Of a DNA stretch of 50,000 bases, positions 25,201-35,500 are shown one piece after another. The stretch covers positions 1 to 50,000 of the forward strand of contig NW_025214732.1 in NCBI RefSeq assembly GCF_004010195.1. The letters are read 5' to 3'. The position numbers and the translations under genes are program-made. The number at the start of each line of letters is the position of its first letter. The stretch's first letter is position 1. Below the pieces are notes generated by a model. That model was not told the origin of the DNA and searched no databases. It saw only the letters and a program-made list of their open reading frames with translations. Source of the stretch: Chiloscyllium plagiosum (taxonomy: Eukaryota).

Positions 25201-26113
25201 ACCCGTCAATGCGTTTACAAAATGAGGGGTGTATGTTTTTATTTCAGTGTTAAGTTTAAATTGGATAATTTCTAAAAGAAAATACAACTGTTTGAATTGT
25301 AACCGTAAGGCAAAAAGCCTCCTGTGTAATAACTCTGTTCTGGCTTGTATTCTTATCAGCGAAGGTGAAGCCTCTGATTTATTTTTACATGTTTTTAAAG
25401 ATACAAATCGATTGAAATTGATCATAATTACTATTACTAATGCTTTTTGTTGGTAATGTTCATTAATTCACGTAGTTTACCAATCACTGCTCAAGATTCT
25501 TCCTGCGGAGGCATACTTAAAGCCATCTCGTTTTAGTTCACCAAACATCACAAATTTTGCGAATGAGTAAGATTCTGTTGGAGTAATTCAACTGCTGATT
25601 AGAAAGGTTTTAAGGAAAACGTTAAGGTTCATGCTACAAAAAAAAATTGGAAATTCATAATTGCAACTACCATGCTCTTTTTTTTAGTTCTTTCAAGTTT
25701 TTGAGTTTCTTCATAAAAATACAAACTGTGGTTCAAAATTTTAATCAAACTGATCTTAGTTATTAAATTCCTGTAGACTCGAAAATTCTTTCAAGTATCT
25801 GAACAAACGACTTGACAATAAATGGATTTGTTTTTGACGCTGGGAGCGGATGGTATTTATTGACTAATTTTATGCAAACAACTGTATAAATTACGAGCTA
25901 TGCAATTCTTACTGTACGACTGCTTGGGGTGGTCGGAGAAAGACTTTTTAATTGAATTTTTTGATAAAATAATTCCTTTTTCCGTGTCAGTGGAATAAAT
26001 TTATCACTTGTTTGTGAATTGATGTATTTTAAAAATCAGCTTTCCGATTGTAGGATCTTTTGGGAAAGTTGAAGGACGCGGCTAAAAGCATGGAAAAGGC
26101 GAGTCAGATGTAA
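22107..26113 (+). CDS. COMMD3: COMM domain-containing protein 3 (spliced gene, 8 coding exons, 195 aa)
   Basis: Exons 22107-22245, 22884-22995, 23089-23152, 23466-23500, 24373-24433, 24540-24596, 24699-24758 and 26054-26113 total 588 nt. All introns are GT-AG and the frame is continuous: MELPEYVLKGLQLLADPSHF...LEAGKQNADKSTISSLLEDCRF...SHITDASWRLEYHIRNNHLHKVNQPAYLLTLNVE...FRCTMEQLQDLLGKLKDAAKSMEKASQM*. It has the COMM domain W-R-L motif and sits immediately upstream of BMI1, as in other vertebrates. Confidence 0.96.
22884..22995 (+). CDS. COMMD3: COMMD3 coding exon 2
   Basis: Acceptor ACAG|; DHVELGNLDLTLLKQCHVAIATCVLEAGKQNADKSTI; donor AG|GTTAC. Confidence 0.92.
23089..23152 (+). CDS. COMMD3: COMMD3 coding exon 3
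   Basis: Acceptor TTCCAG|; SLLEDCRFGAERIDIFCTAYQ; donor CAG|GTTTG. Confidence 0.92.
23466..23500 (+). CDS. COMMD3: COMMD3 coding exon 4
   Basis: Polypyrimidine tract and TTTAG|; KSKDKVEILLG; donor GG|GTGAGT. Confidence 0.9.
24373..24433 (+). CDS. COMMD3: COMMD3 coding exon 5
   Basis: Acceptor TTCCAG|; IGRFPSHITDASWRLEYHIR; donor CGG|GTAAA. Confidence 0.92.
24540..24596 (+). CDS. COMMD3: COMMD3 coding exon 6
   Basis: Acceptor TTCTAG|; NNHLHKVNQPAYLLTLNVE; donor GAG|GTAAG. Confidence 0.92.
24699..24758 (+). CDS. COMMD3: COMMD3 coding exon 7
   Basis: Acceptor TTTACAG|; NGHSRKPHDVTFRCTMEQLQ; donor CAG|GTACT. Confidence 0.92.
26054..26113 (+). CDS. COMMD3: COMMD3 coding exon 8 (terminal)
   Basis: Acceptor TGTAG|; DLLGKLKDAAKSMEKASQM then TAA at 26111-26113. 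Confidence 0.92.
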   Translation, partial: DLLGKLKDAAKSMEKASQM

Positions 26114-26375
26114 TTGATGAAGCTGTGGGGATCGCGATTGAACTCGAGCCTGTGGGTGGTATAAAAGGAATCCGCCAAAACCTGCGTGCTTCCACATGTT
26201 ATGTAAAAGATGCGGACAACAGAGCGTCCACATATAGTTCAAACGGTGCATTTGGCGAATGTATGAAATCCCGCCCTGTGTTTGAGTCGAATATATGTGC
26301 AGGTGGAAAGTTCTTGAAGCATCAACCTTGTATATTTGTTGCGTTTGACTCTGTATATACGGGATATTTTTCCAT

Positions 26376-26588
26376 AATAAAAATATGCTGCCTACAGCCC
26401 GCGGTATTTTTTCTTTGCACTTGTATGGGTTGAAATAATTTATTTGAAAATTCCTAGATACGTACAACATGTGGTATCAATATTTGAACTGCAATTACAA
26501 GTCGCTTTTCCAATATCTACTACTTGAATTTATCCCGACTTGTCGAAACAAAATACTGAAATCTCTAATAGCCCTGATGTTGAATAAA
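26376..26588 (+). terminator. Candidate COMMD3 polyadenylation signals (AATAAA at 26376-26381 and 26583-26588)
   Basis: Two AATAAA hexamers lie downstream of the stop codon, each followed by T-rich sequence. Which one is used is unknown. Confidence 0.5.
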
Positions 26589-27539
26589 TATCTTTTTCTA
26601 CGCCTGAATCTAGAAAGCCATGACGTCGTTCCAATTTTTTAGTGTAATGTTTTTCACCTCTTAGACGACAGTAACTGCCAAACGACTTCAATTACTGGCA
26701 ACTGTGGAATTTAATTACAACACTTACTAGAACTTGGAAAAAGTCAATGATAGGTACAAAGGTAGTTTATAAACTGCGCTAAGGAACCATAACGCCCAAA
26801 GTCATCCCCTCCTGAACATTTAAACTTTTAATAAGTCTATTGTAATTATTTGAAAGCCCATTCAATTGTAGACAGCCAAAGCTGCTGAGTCTAACTTCGG
26901 ATACCTTTTCCTTCCTCTAATTTGAAACGTCTTTGCCTCTGTTTGCCAAATTTAAGAAACACTGTACAGTTTAACAGCTGGGAGACGGGATGTGTGAAGT
27001 GAGCTAGTCCCAGGCGCTCGACCACGTTCCGGTGACCGGAGTTTATCTCTCTACCGGAAAGAATCGTAACGCTGCAGTGAAACCATTCAACAACTATTTC
27101 CAATGAAAATTGGGATCAAAATAGAGTCGCTTCCTCAGCCGCTACACATTGAACGTTTGTTTGGAAAGTGCATCGTCGCACAGAAATGTAACCGCCTGAT
27201 GATGCCTCATTGACAGTTTGTTCTAGATGACCAGCTTTACAGATCAATAGGAAAAGAAGCTTCCAATTGATCGTTCTGGGCTGAGATGTGCACTTCAATG
27301 TGAAAGACGGCTCTGAAATAAAGTTCGGCGTCATATTTTATTATGCAATAACCTCAGTTTGTATCGAAACCACGAGACTTTTATTTTACCCGGCGACATG
27401 TAGGGGTTTTTTTGCAAAAAGCGTTTGATATTGGAGGGGAAGCTGATGCACGGAGCAGAGTAGAGGGTGTCTGAGTTGGAACGTATGTGTGTGTAGGGGG
27501 GTGGTGGGGAGGGGGGGAGAGAGCGAGCTGGTGGTGGGG

Positions 27540-27660
27540 GGTCGGCTCTGATTACACCGACTCGAATTCCCAGGCCACCCTTAAGGAATGAGACCACGTG
27601 ACGGAGCGGGGCGGGCGGACTCGAGCCATTTTGGGGACGGTGTCAGTTTCACGGCACCCA
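27540..27660 (+). promoter_or_regulatory. BMI1 core promoter within a CpG/GC-rich island
   Basis: Contains a ZNF143-like AATTCCCAG, E-box CACGTG (27595-27600), GC box GGGGCGGG (27608-27615) and YY1-like GCCATTTTG (27625-27633). It lies in a GC/CpG-rich block (about 27.4-28.4 kb) between the COMMD3 3' end and the BMI1 coding exons. A MYC-bound E-box is established for the mammalian BMI1 promoter. Confidence 0.75.
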
Positions 27661-27699
27661 TCACTGGGCTTTGAGGAAGGGGGGTGGCGGCCGGAGGAG

Positions 27700-28133
27700 G
27701 AGGGGGCTGGGTGGGTTCGTGGATGTGTAGTGGTGGTGGGAGGAGGAGGAGGGTAGGTTTCAACTTCTCCAACCGGGAAACAGAGCGCAGCCGCCTTTCA
27801 GCCAGGTAGGATCGCCTGAGCAAATATTGCAACGGGCGCAGATCGGGTGTTACCAGGCTCGGAGAGAGGGAGGGTGCAAGGGCCAGCGTTGAACGAATGT
27901 TATTTTCTGTGTGTGTGTATGTCTCTCTCTCTCTCTCTCGAAGCTCCAGCCTCTGCGATTGCAATTGACAGCGTCTGCAGTTCTTGCAAGATGGCCGCTT
28001 GGCTGCGATTCATTTTTTTTTCCCCCGATCTACAACTTTCATTGTTTTCCGCGGGGTGCAGGCTGTAGCCGGGAGTCGCTGTGGCCCGGGCATGGTCTCT
28101 CCGAGGCTGCAGTGACCTGAGAGTTTCTCCCAG
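27700..28133 (+). other. BMI1: BMI1 non-coding exon 1 (5'UTR); start approximate, likely donor CAG|GTACAT at 28133/28134
   Basis: Contains ATTGACAGCGTCTGCAG...CAAGATGGCCGCTTGGCT...ATTCATTTT...AACTTTCATTGT, which I recall as close to the human BMI1 5'UTR. A donor-like site follows. The TSS cannot be determined from sequence alone. Confidence 0.6.
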
Positions 28134-31100
28134 GTACATTCCGGCCGCCACTGCAGGCCGATTTCACTGTTTGAAATGTACCCGGTGCTGCTTCTCTCTC
28201 TCTCCCCCTCCCTCCCCACTCTCTGTCTTTCTCTCTCCTCTCGCTCTGAAGGCTGACAGCGGCGCGTCGCCCTCTTTATTTCCACTCAGTTTCGTTACGC
28301 ACTTCACTCGCAACATTTTTGTTCGATTCTCCGCAGCGTTTGAGGCTGCGACCTTTCTGCTCGTTTGTGTCGAGGGAATAATATTTATACTTTCGATCAC
28401 TGCAAGTCCGGAGGCTTGGACGATCGCGAATGTGAATTTAGATGTATTTGAAATGTGACCGTGGTGGGATTGTGCAGCTCTATCACCGAAGTGTTGTTAG
28501 CCAGTCCAAATACAAATGCATATTTTAACATCAAACGGGAGACCTAGTGCAAGGATTTTATAGAGTTAGGATCCAGACAGGGTGAGGAATGTGCTAAGGT
28601 AACTGTTTGATTGAGAAGGCGAACGTGGTGTGTTTTCTGAACTTAACTTCTTAGGAGAACTTCTTTGGGTTTTCACGGTAAACATGGCGGTTGGTGGTGT
28701 CCCTCGGATCCTTGTACAGTGCTTGTGGTGTCAGAAGTAAATAAACAAACATGATACACCAAAAGCTTTGTCCTGACCGACTAACAAGATGTTGAGACTT
28801 TTAAAATCATGCATATTTGTGAAGGTTTTCTCTCTGGTTTCTGTAATTGGTAAAGCAGGACTGTATCAGATTGGCAGCAATGATTTCTAGGCAGAGCACG
28901 AGGTTTGCGAGCAGCAATGTAAGTGAGCAGGCGTTTTAGCCCTTTTTTGCCTGTTTAGCTTTATTAGGGTAAAATCAGAAAAGGTGTTGAGGTCGGTTGG
29001 TGTCCTAGACCTGTGTTGTTTTATTGTTTGTGGGTGGTGATGATAGCTGTGATGGGGAGTGGGAGTGAGGAGGTGCCATACAATCGGATTCTGTTTTGAT
29101 TGTGAAATGCCGAGTGCATGTAGAGTAAGGAGCTAAGATGGCCTTGGTCGCAAAACCTTTTGGCTTCATCCAAGCAAACAGCGACCGAGAAGAACAACTG
29201 AAATTCCTTGAGAAGAGACACTGAGTGCATATTTCTGAGTGTGTTCCTCCTGCCACTTGGACTTTAAATCTCACGGAATGATCTCTGTTGTGATGTACTT
29301 AAGTGAAATAACTGAAGCTGTTGGAAGTTACATGCGGTCACATTATTTTGTTGGTCTTCCAACATCAATGATTGCTCAAATCAGAACGGTTACTGAAAGA
29401 AAATGAAGCCGTCCGACTTCCAATACTCCTTTTACCCCTGACCTTGATTTCAGCCACATCCAAAGCCAATTTTAACAGATAAGATTATATAATGTTCTGC
29501 TTTAATAGATCTTCCAGAAATATTTGTTTGTGTTTGAATAGATATTGGTGGTGATGCTTTGATCAAAGCTGACGTTGGGATTTCTTTGAAATATACATGA
29601 TAAGGCACACAGTTGAAAAATTGGAATCTACCATTTCTCAGCATTACTGTTGGATATGCTACAAAACTGTATTTTGAGATATGGGCTCTCCTAATGTAGT
29701 ATCTTGAAAACGCATTTGTCAGATAGTCCACATTGTTGTGCTGTACCTAGTGCAGCTTTTAAATGGATGTCTTTGTTACACTTGGGTGGTGTGAGGATGA
29801 TGTTACGAAGCTAAATGTTTAACCTGATAATATAGACCATCGGGTTTAAAACATAATCAGGGAGACATAAAGTTGAGCAGCTGAAATGAATTACCCAGCA
29901 TAAACGGAAGCCCACGGGTATGTGAAGTGAAACACGTGTGTTTACATGGGGGTCTATAACAGGCTTGGGCTGTCTGTCTGTGAGGAAGGTTTTTGCTGAA
30001 GGAGTACTTCATTTATTCAGCAGTTAAATCCACGCCGGTTCTGTTCACTGATCGGAAGGGCCGATTACTAGTCTGTCGGGGAGGGTTGAGCGTTTTTTTT
30101 AAGAACACGTGGTTTGTTTTTTTTTTCAATTTTCATTTTATTTCGGCTTGTTCGCGGAAGGGGTCCCCGGTGCTCGACAGCGAGAGCCGTCTAAAAGCAA
30201 GCACGACCATGGTTAAGTGCCGCAATCCCGGTAACTTCTAACTAAACTGGAAAACGGGAGAACTTTTCAGAGTTTCTGGGCATGCTTTTTTTTGGTGGGG
30301 GGCGGGGGGGAAGGACATTAATGTAAAACGGCCAGTGTGGAGTGAAGAAACGAAGGATTACTGTCCAGTTTTGATTGTTAGACTGCCTGAGGGACGAAAT
30401 GACTGAAGCTTCATGCAAATGTGCACATGGTCTGCTTGTGTCTCAAAGCCTTTTGAAATATGAAAACTATAGAATTGTTGATTGTTTATGACACCGAGTA
30501 GTATGATTACTGCAAAACGTCGCGCGTCGGCGCTGTGGGTAAAAATTGCTTTCTTGAAGCTAATATACATAAGCGGTGATTGAATGTATGTGTTTTTAAC
30601 GGTATGAGTACGATTGTAGGTGTTCGAAGTGCGGCAGATTCCCCCCCCCCCCGCCCGTCTGGCCTGGTGTTTCTGTGCGTCCTCTGAATTATGTGCGTCA
30701 CTTAGTTATTTGCATGTTGTCAGTTTTCTTGCTGTTTTTCTTACGAAAGTCCGGCGGCTTCCTTTTTAAAAACACTTTAAGTGGGCAACAAACCGTAACA
30801 AGTTTAATAGAACATTGCACCTTTTATGGATTCCTGTTTCCTGATCACTTATTAATTAATTATTAATCAATAGGCGTGCACTATCCAAGTGAACCTCTCT
30901 GGTGGAACCGCCGCGACCCATTAGTCGCCCTGGAAAGGAGACAGGCGTTTGCAGAAGGAAATCGTGTGATCACAAAAGCCACTACTAAAAGCTAGTGTCG
31001 ACGTGGAGTCTATCTCAAGGAGAGCCAAAAAAAGCGATGATGTGCGCTGTGTTAGGGCTCATTTGAAATGGCGGTGAGATTTGCATGTTTAGATTGTTCA

Positions 31101-32403
31101 GCTCAGTGTCGGATCGTGATTGCACCTTCAACGGTTTAAATTTGCGATATTTTCACATGACCGCCGTGGGTCCCCCGCAGAAGCTCGTTCTATTTTCGGT
31201 CCTTTGGCGAAATGCCAAGTGTAACCCAAGTTGCTATAGTAACTGTAAGAATTGCCGGGTATGGGCACCAGCAGACGTCAATTTGCCTTTTTTGCTTATT
31301 TAGAAAGCTCCTCTTTGTAGGACGCGAATGTTATTTTATTACATTTGTAACGGGTCAGCTTCGGTATCTGCATCACATTACCACTCTAGCACCCCGATGT
31401 TCATTAAAATATTTCCAACGAACATGTAATTGCCGGAAATGGCTTTGTAGAACACAATTCTTCCTGTTTCGCTTTACGCGGGGCTAAAATATTGTCGGTT
31501 TAATGTCAAACATGAAACGTGTGATTGCAAATCCAGATGCGATGATCCTTGCGACATCACGATGTTCTGCTTAATAAAGAGTCGCTTTGTCTTGTGACGA
31601 ATTTTCATCGATCTCGAGGTGTCTTGAAACGGCACCAATATGAGCCCAAAGACATGTTGGTTTCGCGGAAAGAAATGTGTTTTTGGTTCGCCCGCTCAGC
31701 GGCTAGGAGTGAAGTCTAGAAAAGGCGGTTTTGTTACGCTTAAATGTAAAGGAAACAAAGCCAACCAAACGATCAGGAGTGCTAGTCAAAATTCATTGTC
31801 ATTGACCTGCATGCTCGTAGTCCGTGAGTTGTTTTTATTATCACCGTGGAGGTTTGCGAGGAAGGTAGTCTGTACAGGATATCTTAAAGTCTGTCTGATT
31901 ACGAAGATGATTCAGTGTGCACTTTAATATGTTAGCCACTCTGCATTAATTGGGTCTGATTCGGCACTTGCAATTCGAATTCTACTACTCTTCATATGCA
32001 GCTACCGCACCTCAGCTTGTCAATATTTCAGTGAAAACGATTCTTAGTTTTACAGGTATCAATTGTTTCACTAAACAGTTTCGCTTTCTTGTTTTGCCAA
32101 TTAAGACTGAGCCGGCAGAGGGGCAAGAAATGCCAGTCATTAACTGATGCTTTGCGAATATTCTTATTTCAAAGTTGTTTCACAAATACTGCTTTGTTGA
32201 TCTCTGCCTTTATAAAATGTACTAATTTTGTATCTGCCAATATGGATACTAAGTTATTTAGCTTCATGGTTGTGTCGTGGAGGGCAAGTACAACAAACCA
32301 ACCAATGAATGCATTAAATAATGGAATTCCATAACAGGGAAAAAAAACGCTATTCCTTTATATTTCTATTCAGCTTTCAGGACGCGGCCATTTTAGTCAG
32401 AAA

Positions 32404-32515
32404 ATGCACCGAACAACACGAATCAAAATAACTGAACTGAACCCTCATTTGATGTGTGTGTTGTGTGGAGGATACTTCATAGATGCAACAACCATCATTG
32501 AGTGCCTACATTCAT
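32404..32515 (+). CDS. BMI1: BMI1 coding exon 1 (RING N-half)
   Basis: AAAATGC start; [37 protein letters not shown]; donor T|GTGAGT. Confidence 0.95.
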
Positions 32516-35500
32516 GTGAGTACAGTATATTGGCGTTCAGCAGGCCACTCGTTCATGTTAGATTCTCGAAACAAAACTAAGGTATGTCGGCAAACCATGT
32601 CATTAGATCAAGCATTATCACTGGTTTATGCATAACGCACGTGATTCCTGCGTTTATTTACAGTTTGCAAGACCTGCATCGTCCGTTACTTGGAAACCAG
32701 CAAGTACTGTCCCATTTGCGATGTGCAAGTTCACAAAACTAGGCCCCTTCTTAACATTAGGTATGTACTTGGAGAGATCACAATTTTGATAAAGCCAGTA
32801 GGCGTGCGTCTATAAGAGGTGTAACTGAACTACCGTATGGAGATGATTTGTGTTTGACAATTACAATTTCTCAAAGTAAATACAAGTGTAAACATATGTC
32901 GTTATGATAGTTATTTTTGTAAACTGTTTAGTGACACTTTTTTTCATGTCATATATTTCTAAAAACATGGTCTGTCGCATAGTGATTCTCTTAGTTAATC
33001 GATGGTGCTTTAGTAACATGTATCACGTGATCATCCAATAGCCTTGCTAGTATTTTGTAAACTGCCCTTTAAGGAAATTGTAATTTTATAGTTATCAAAC
33101 ATCACAGTTGAAAGTAGTTGACAAGATTTGAATGAAAGATATAGTTCTGTTTTTGAAAGAAATACAAAGTTCATTATTTGGAAATCTTTGGCAGTAGCTC
33201 AAAGAATTGAGATCCGGTAATGCCTGATGTTTGTGCTTGTCTGGAAATACTTTATACTCGAAGCTATCAAAACAATTCAATAAATGCTGAACTGACTGAA
33301 ATTGGGCGCGAAAGCCTCTTTCAGATTTTATCTGATAGTTAAAATAATATTTGAATGTTAACTGACTGTTTTAATGCAGGTTTTGAGATTAAACAATCAA
33401 CCAGCTTTACTAAGTTGAAACATTATGAAAATAATCTCCAATTACTGTCCAATGTAAGCACCATAAATACCACTCCCCTTGTCCTTACAAAGTTTAAACA
33501 AAAACACTGCAAACTTGATTTATCAAATTTTTAGTTCTATTACTCAGAAAATTTATGTTGACAATGTTAGAAAAAAATTGCAAAGCAGTACTAAAATATT
33601 TGTTATATTCAAAACATTTTTACATCAGCTATTAGAGTAAATAAGACACAAAGTTTAATATCTTTCTGAAATGCTGTAGATATATAATTTTTGCACCTCA
33701 ATTTAATTATTACAAATTCCTGTCAAGTGAACATTTTTGACAAAATTACAGATTGCACCATTTTTACAGACTACATAACTCCGTATGTGTCTGCAAACTA
33801 ATAAATGGCAGCATACATTTTAAAACAAAAAAGGGAAGTAGTTTGCATTTTGGAATACTGCATTAAAATAAAGTGAACAGTTATTTGGTATATACACAAA
33901 TGATCCTGCTATAGATGCAGATTAAAGTCCCATTGATGAATGCTATGTAGAATCAAACTTTTCTGTAGTGTTTTCAAGTGTGATTCATGTTCAATCCTTT
34001 CTTAAGGTCAGATAAGACATTACAAGATATTGTGTATAAATTAGTTCCTGGCCTCTTCAAAGGTAAGTGTAGTTTTTTAAAGATATAAAACAAATTTTAA
34101 ATTTGAATTTAATTCCTCTTTCTGTCAGTCAGACAATTAATCACTCTTTATCTTTCATAGATGAAATGAAACGTAGAAGGGACTTCTATGCTGCTCATCC
34201 TTCTGCTGATGGTAAGTATGCAATAGTAAAATTAATTGATTTCTCATCTATGCCAATAAATGTAGTAATTTTTTTTTGAAAAAGGGACAAGTTTTAGTCA
34301 GTATTGCATTTCTTTTGATTCCACACAATAGCAAAGTGACACCTTTTTAAAGATTTCTTTCAATATTTATATATAATGCAGTCATTGAATTGTTACAATT
34401 TTGGTATATATTTTTGTAAATGGTTTTAGCTTAAATTGTGGAATTCAGTTATTTTTTTAAACCCAATGCCTTATCTAATTAAGAATGATGTATAGTTGTG
34501 GGCATGCTTCATAAACCCATATTTGTTTTTATAGTTTATATTTTTGATTTTTGAATTGTCACATGTCAAATGTTTTCTGCTGTTATAGATTTCAAAAGAA
34601 ATAGTGTCCTAATTATCTGAGGGTTCTAAGTAAGGATCACTGGACCCAATCTGTTAACTCTGATTTCTTGCCACAGATGCTGCCAGGCCTGCTAAGCTTT
34701 TCCAGCAATTTTTGCTTTTATTTTTGATTTTCAGCATCCACAGTTCTTTTGATTTGCATAATTCTCAGTTTTTTAATTGTGTTCACTGGCTAGACCAGCA
34801 TTTATTGCTTTCAGTTAATATCTGTATCATTTATGCTCTTTGGCTTAAACTGTTTTTAAATTTTAAGTCTAGCATGCCATGCTGCTTGTTGCTGAAAGCA
34901 GGATAAAATGTGAAAATGAAACACTGATTTGAATAATTTTTATTGTACACCTTTCTGTTAACACCTTTATAGGCCTGAAATGATAGAAGTACAATTGTTT
35001 GTTTTTAACTTTCCAAAGTTGAATTGAAATATTTTTACATGAAAATGTTCTAAAATCAGTACTTCCTTATGTTTAAATTTGTGTAGCAGCAAATGGCTCT
35101 AATGAAGACAGGGGTGAAGTTACAGAAGAAGAAAAGAGGATTATAACAGATGATGAAATCATTAGCTTGTCAATAGAATTCTATGAACAAAATAAGTAAG
35201 TATAGCAATCACTCAAAGTACACTGCATCACAAATTGTTAGTGATTTTAGCATTTTTTTCTTACTGAAAGGCAATTGTCTTGTATTACAGGACTGAACGA
35301 AAAGAAACTTCAGAAAAAGAGAAAACAAAAGATGAGGTACCTATTTTCAATTGTAATTCCTATACTTTTTTTTTGCAAAACATGTTTAAATAGTTAAACA
35401 CGAACATAAACCAAGCAGATAAATATACTTAATACAAGATTGATTATATTTGTAGACCAGTGGTACTAATAGTTGAAGTAACACAGGTTTCCACTTTTTT

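Noticed and set aside
24996..25790. Intronic duplicate as a pair of snoRNA genes
   Set aside because: There are no properly placed C/D (RUGAUGA...CUGA) or H/ACA boxes in both copies, and the internal inversion is incompatible with paralogous snoRNAs.
26036..26470. 144-aa antisense ORF and 102-aa sense ORF over COMMD3 exon 8 and 3'UTR
   Set aside because: No homology is recognisable. They overlap a terminal exon and UTR and are probably incidental.
27331..28458. Pro-rich and Arg/Glu-rich ORFs on both strands around the BMI1 promoter
   Set aside because: They are by-products of GC-rich, low-complexity (G-run, CT/GA repeat) promoter DNA.
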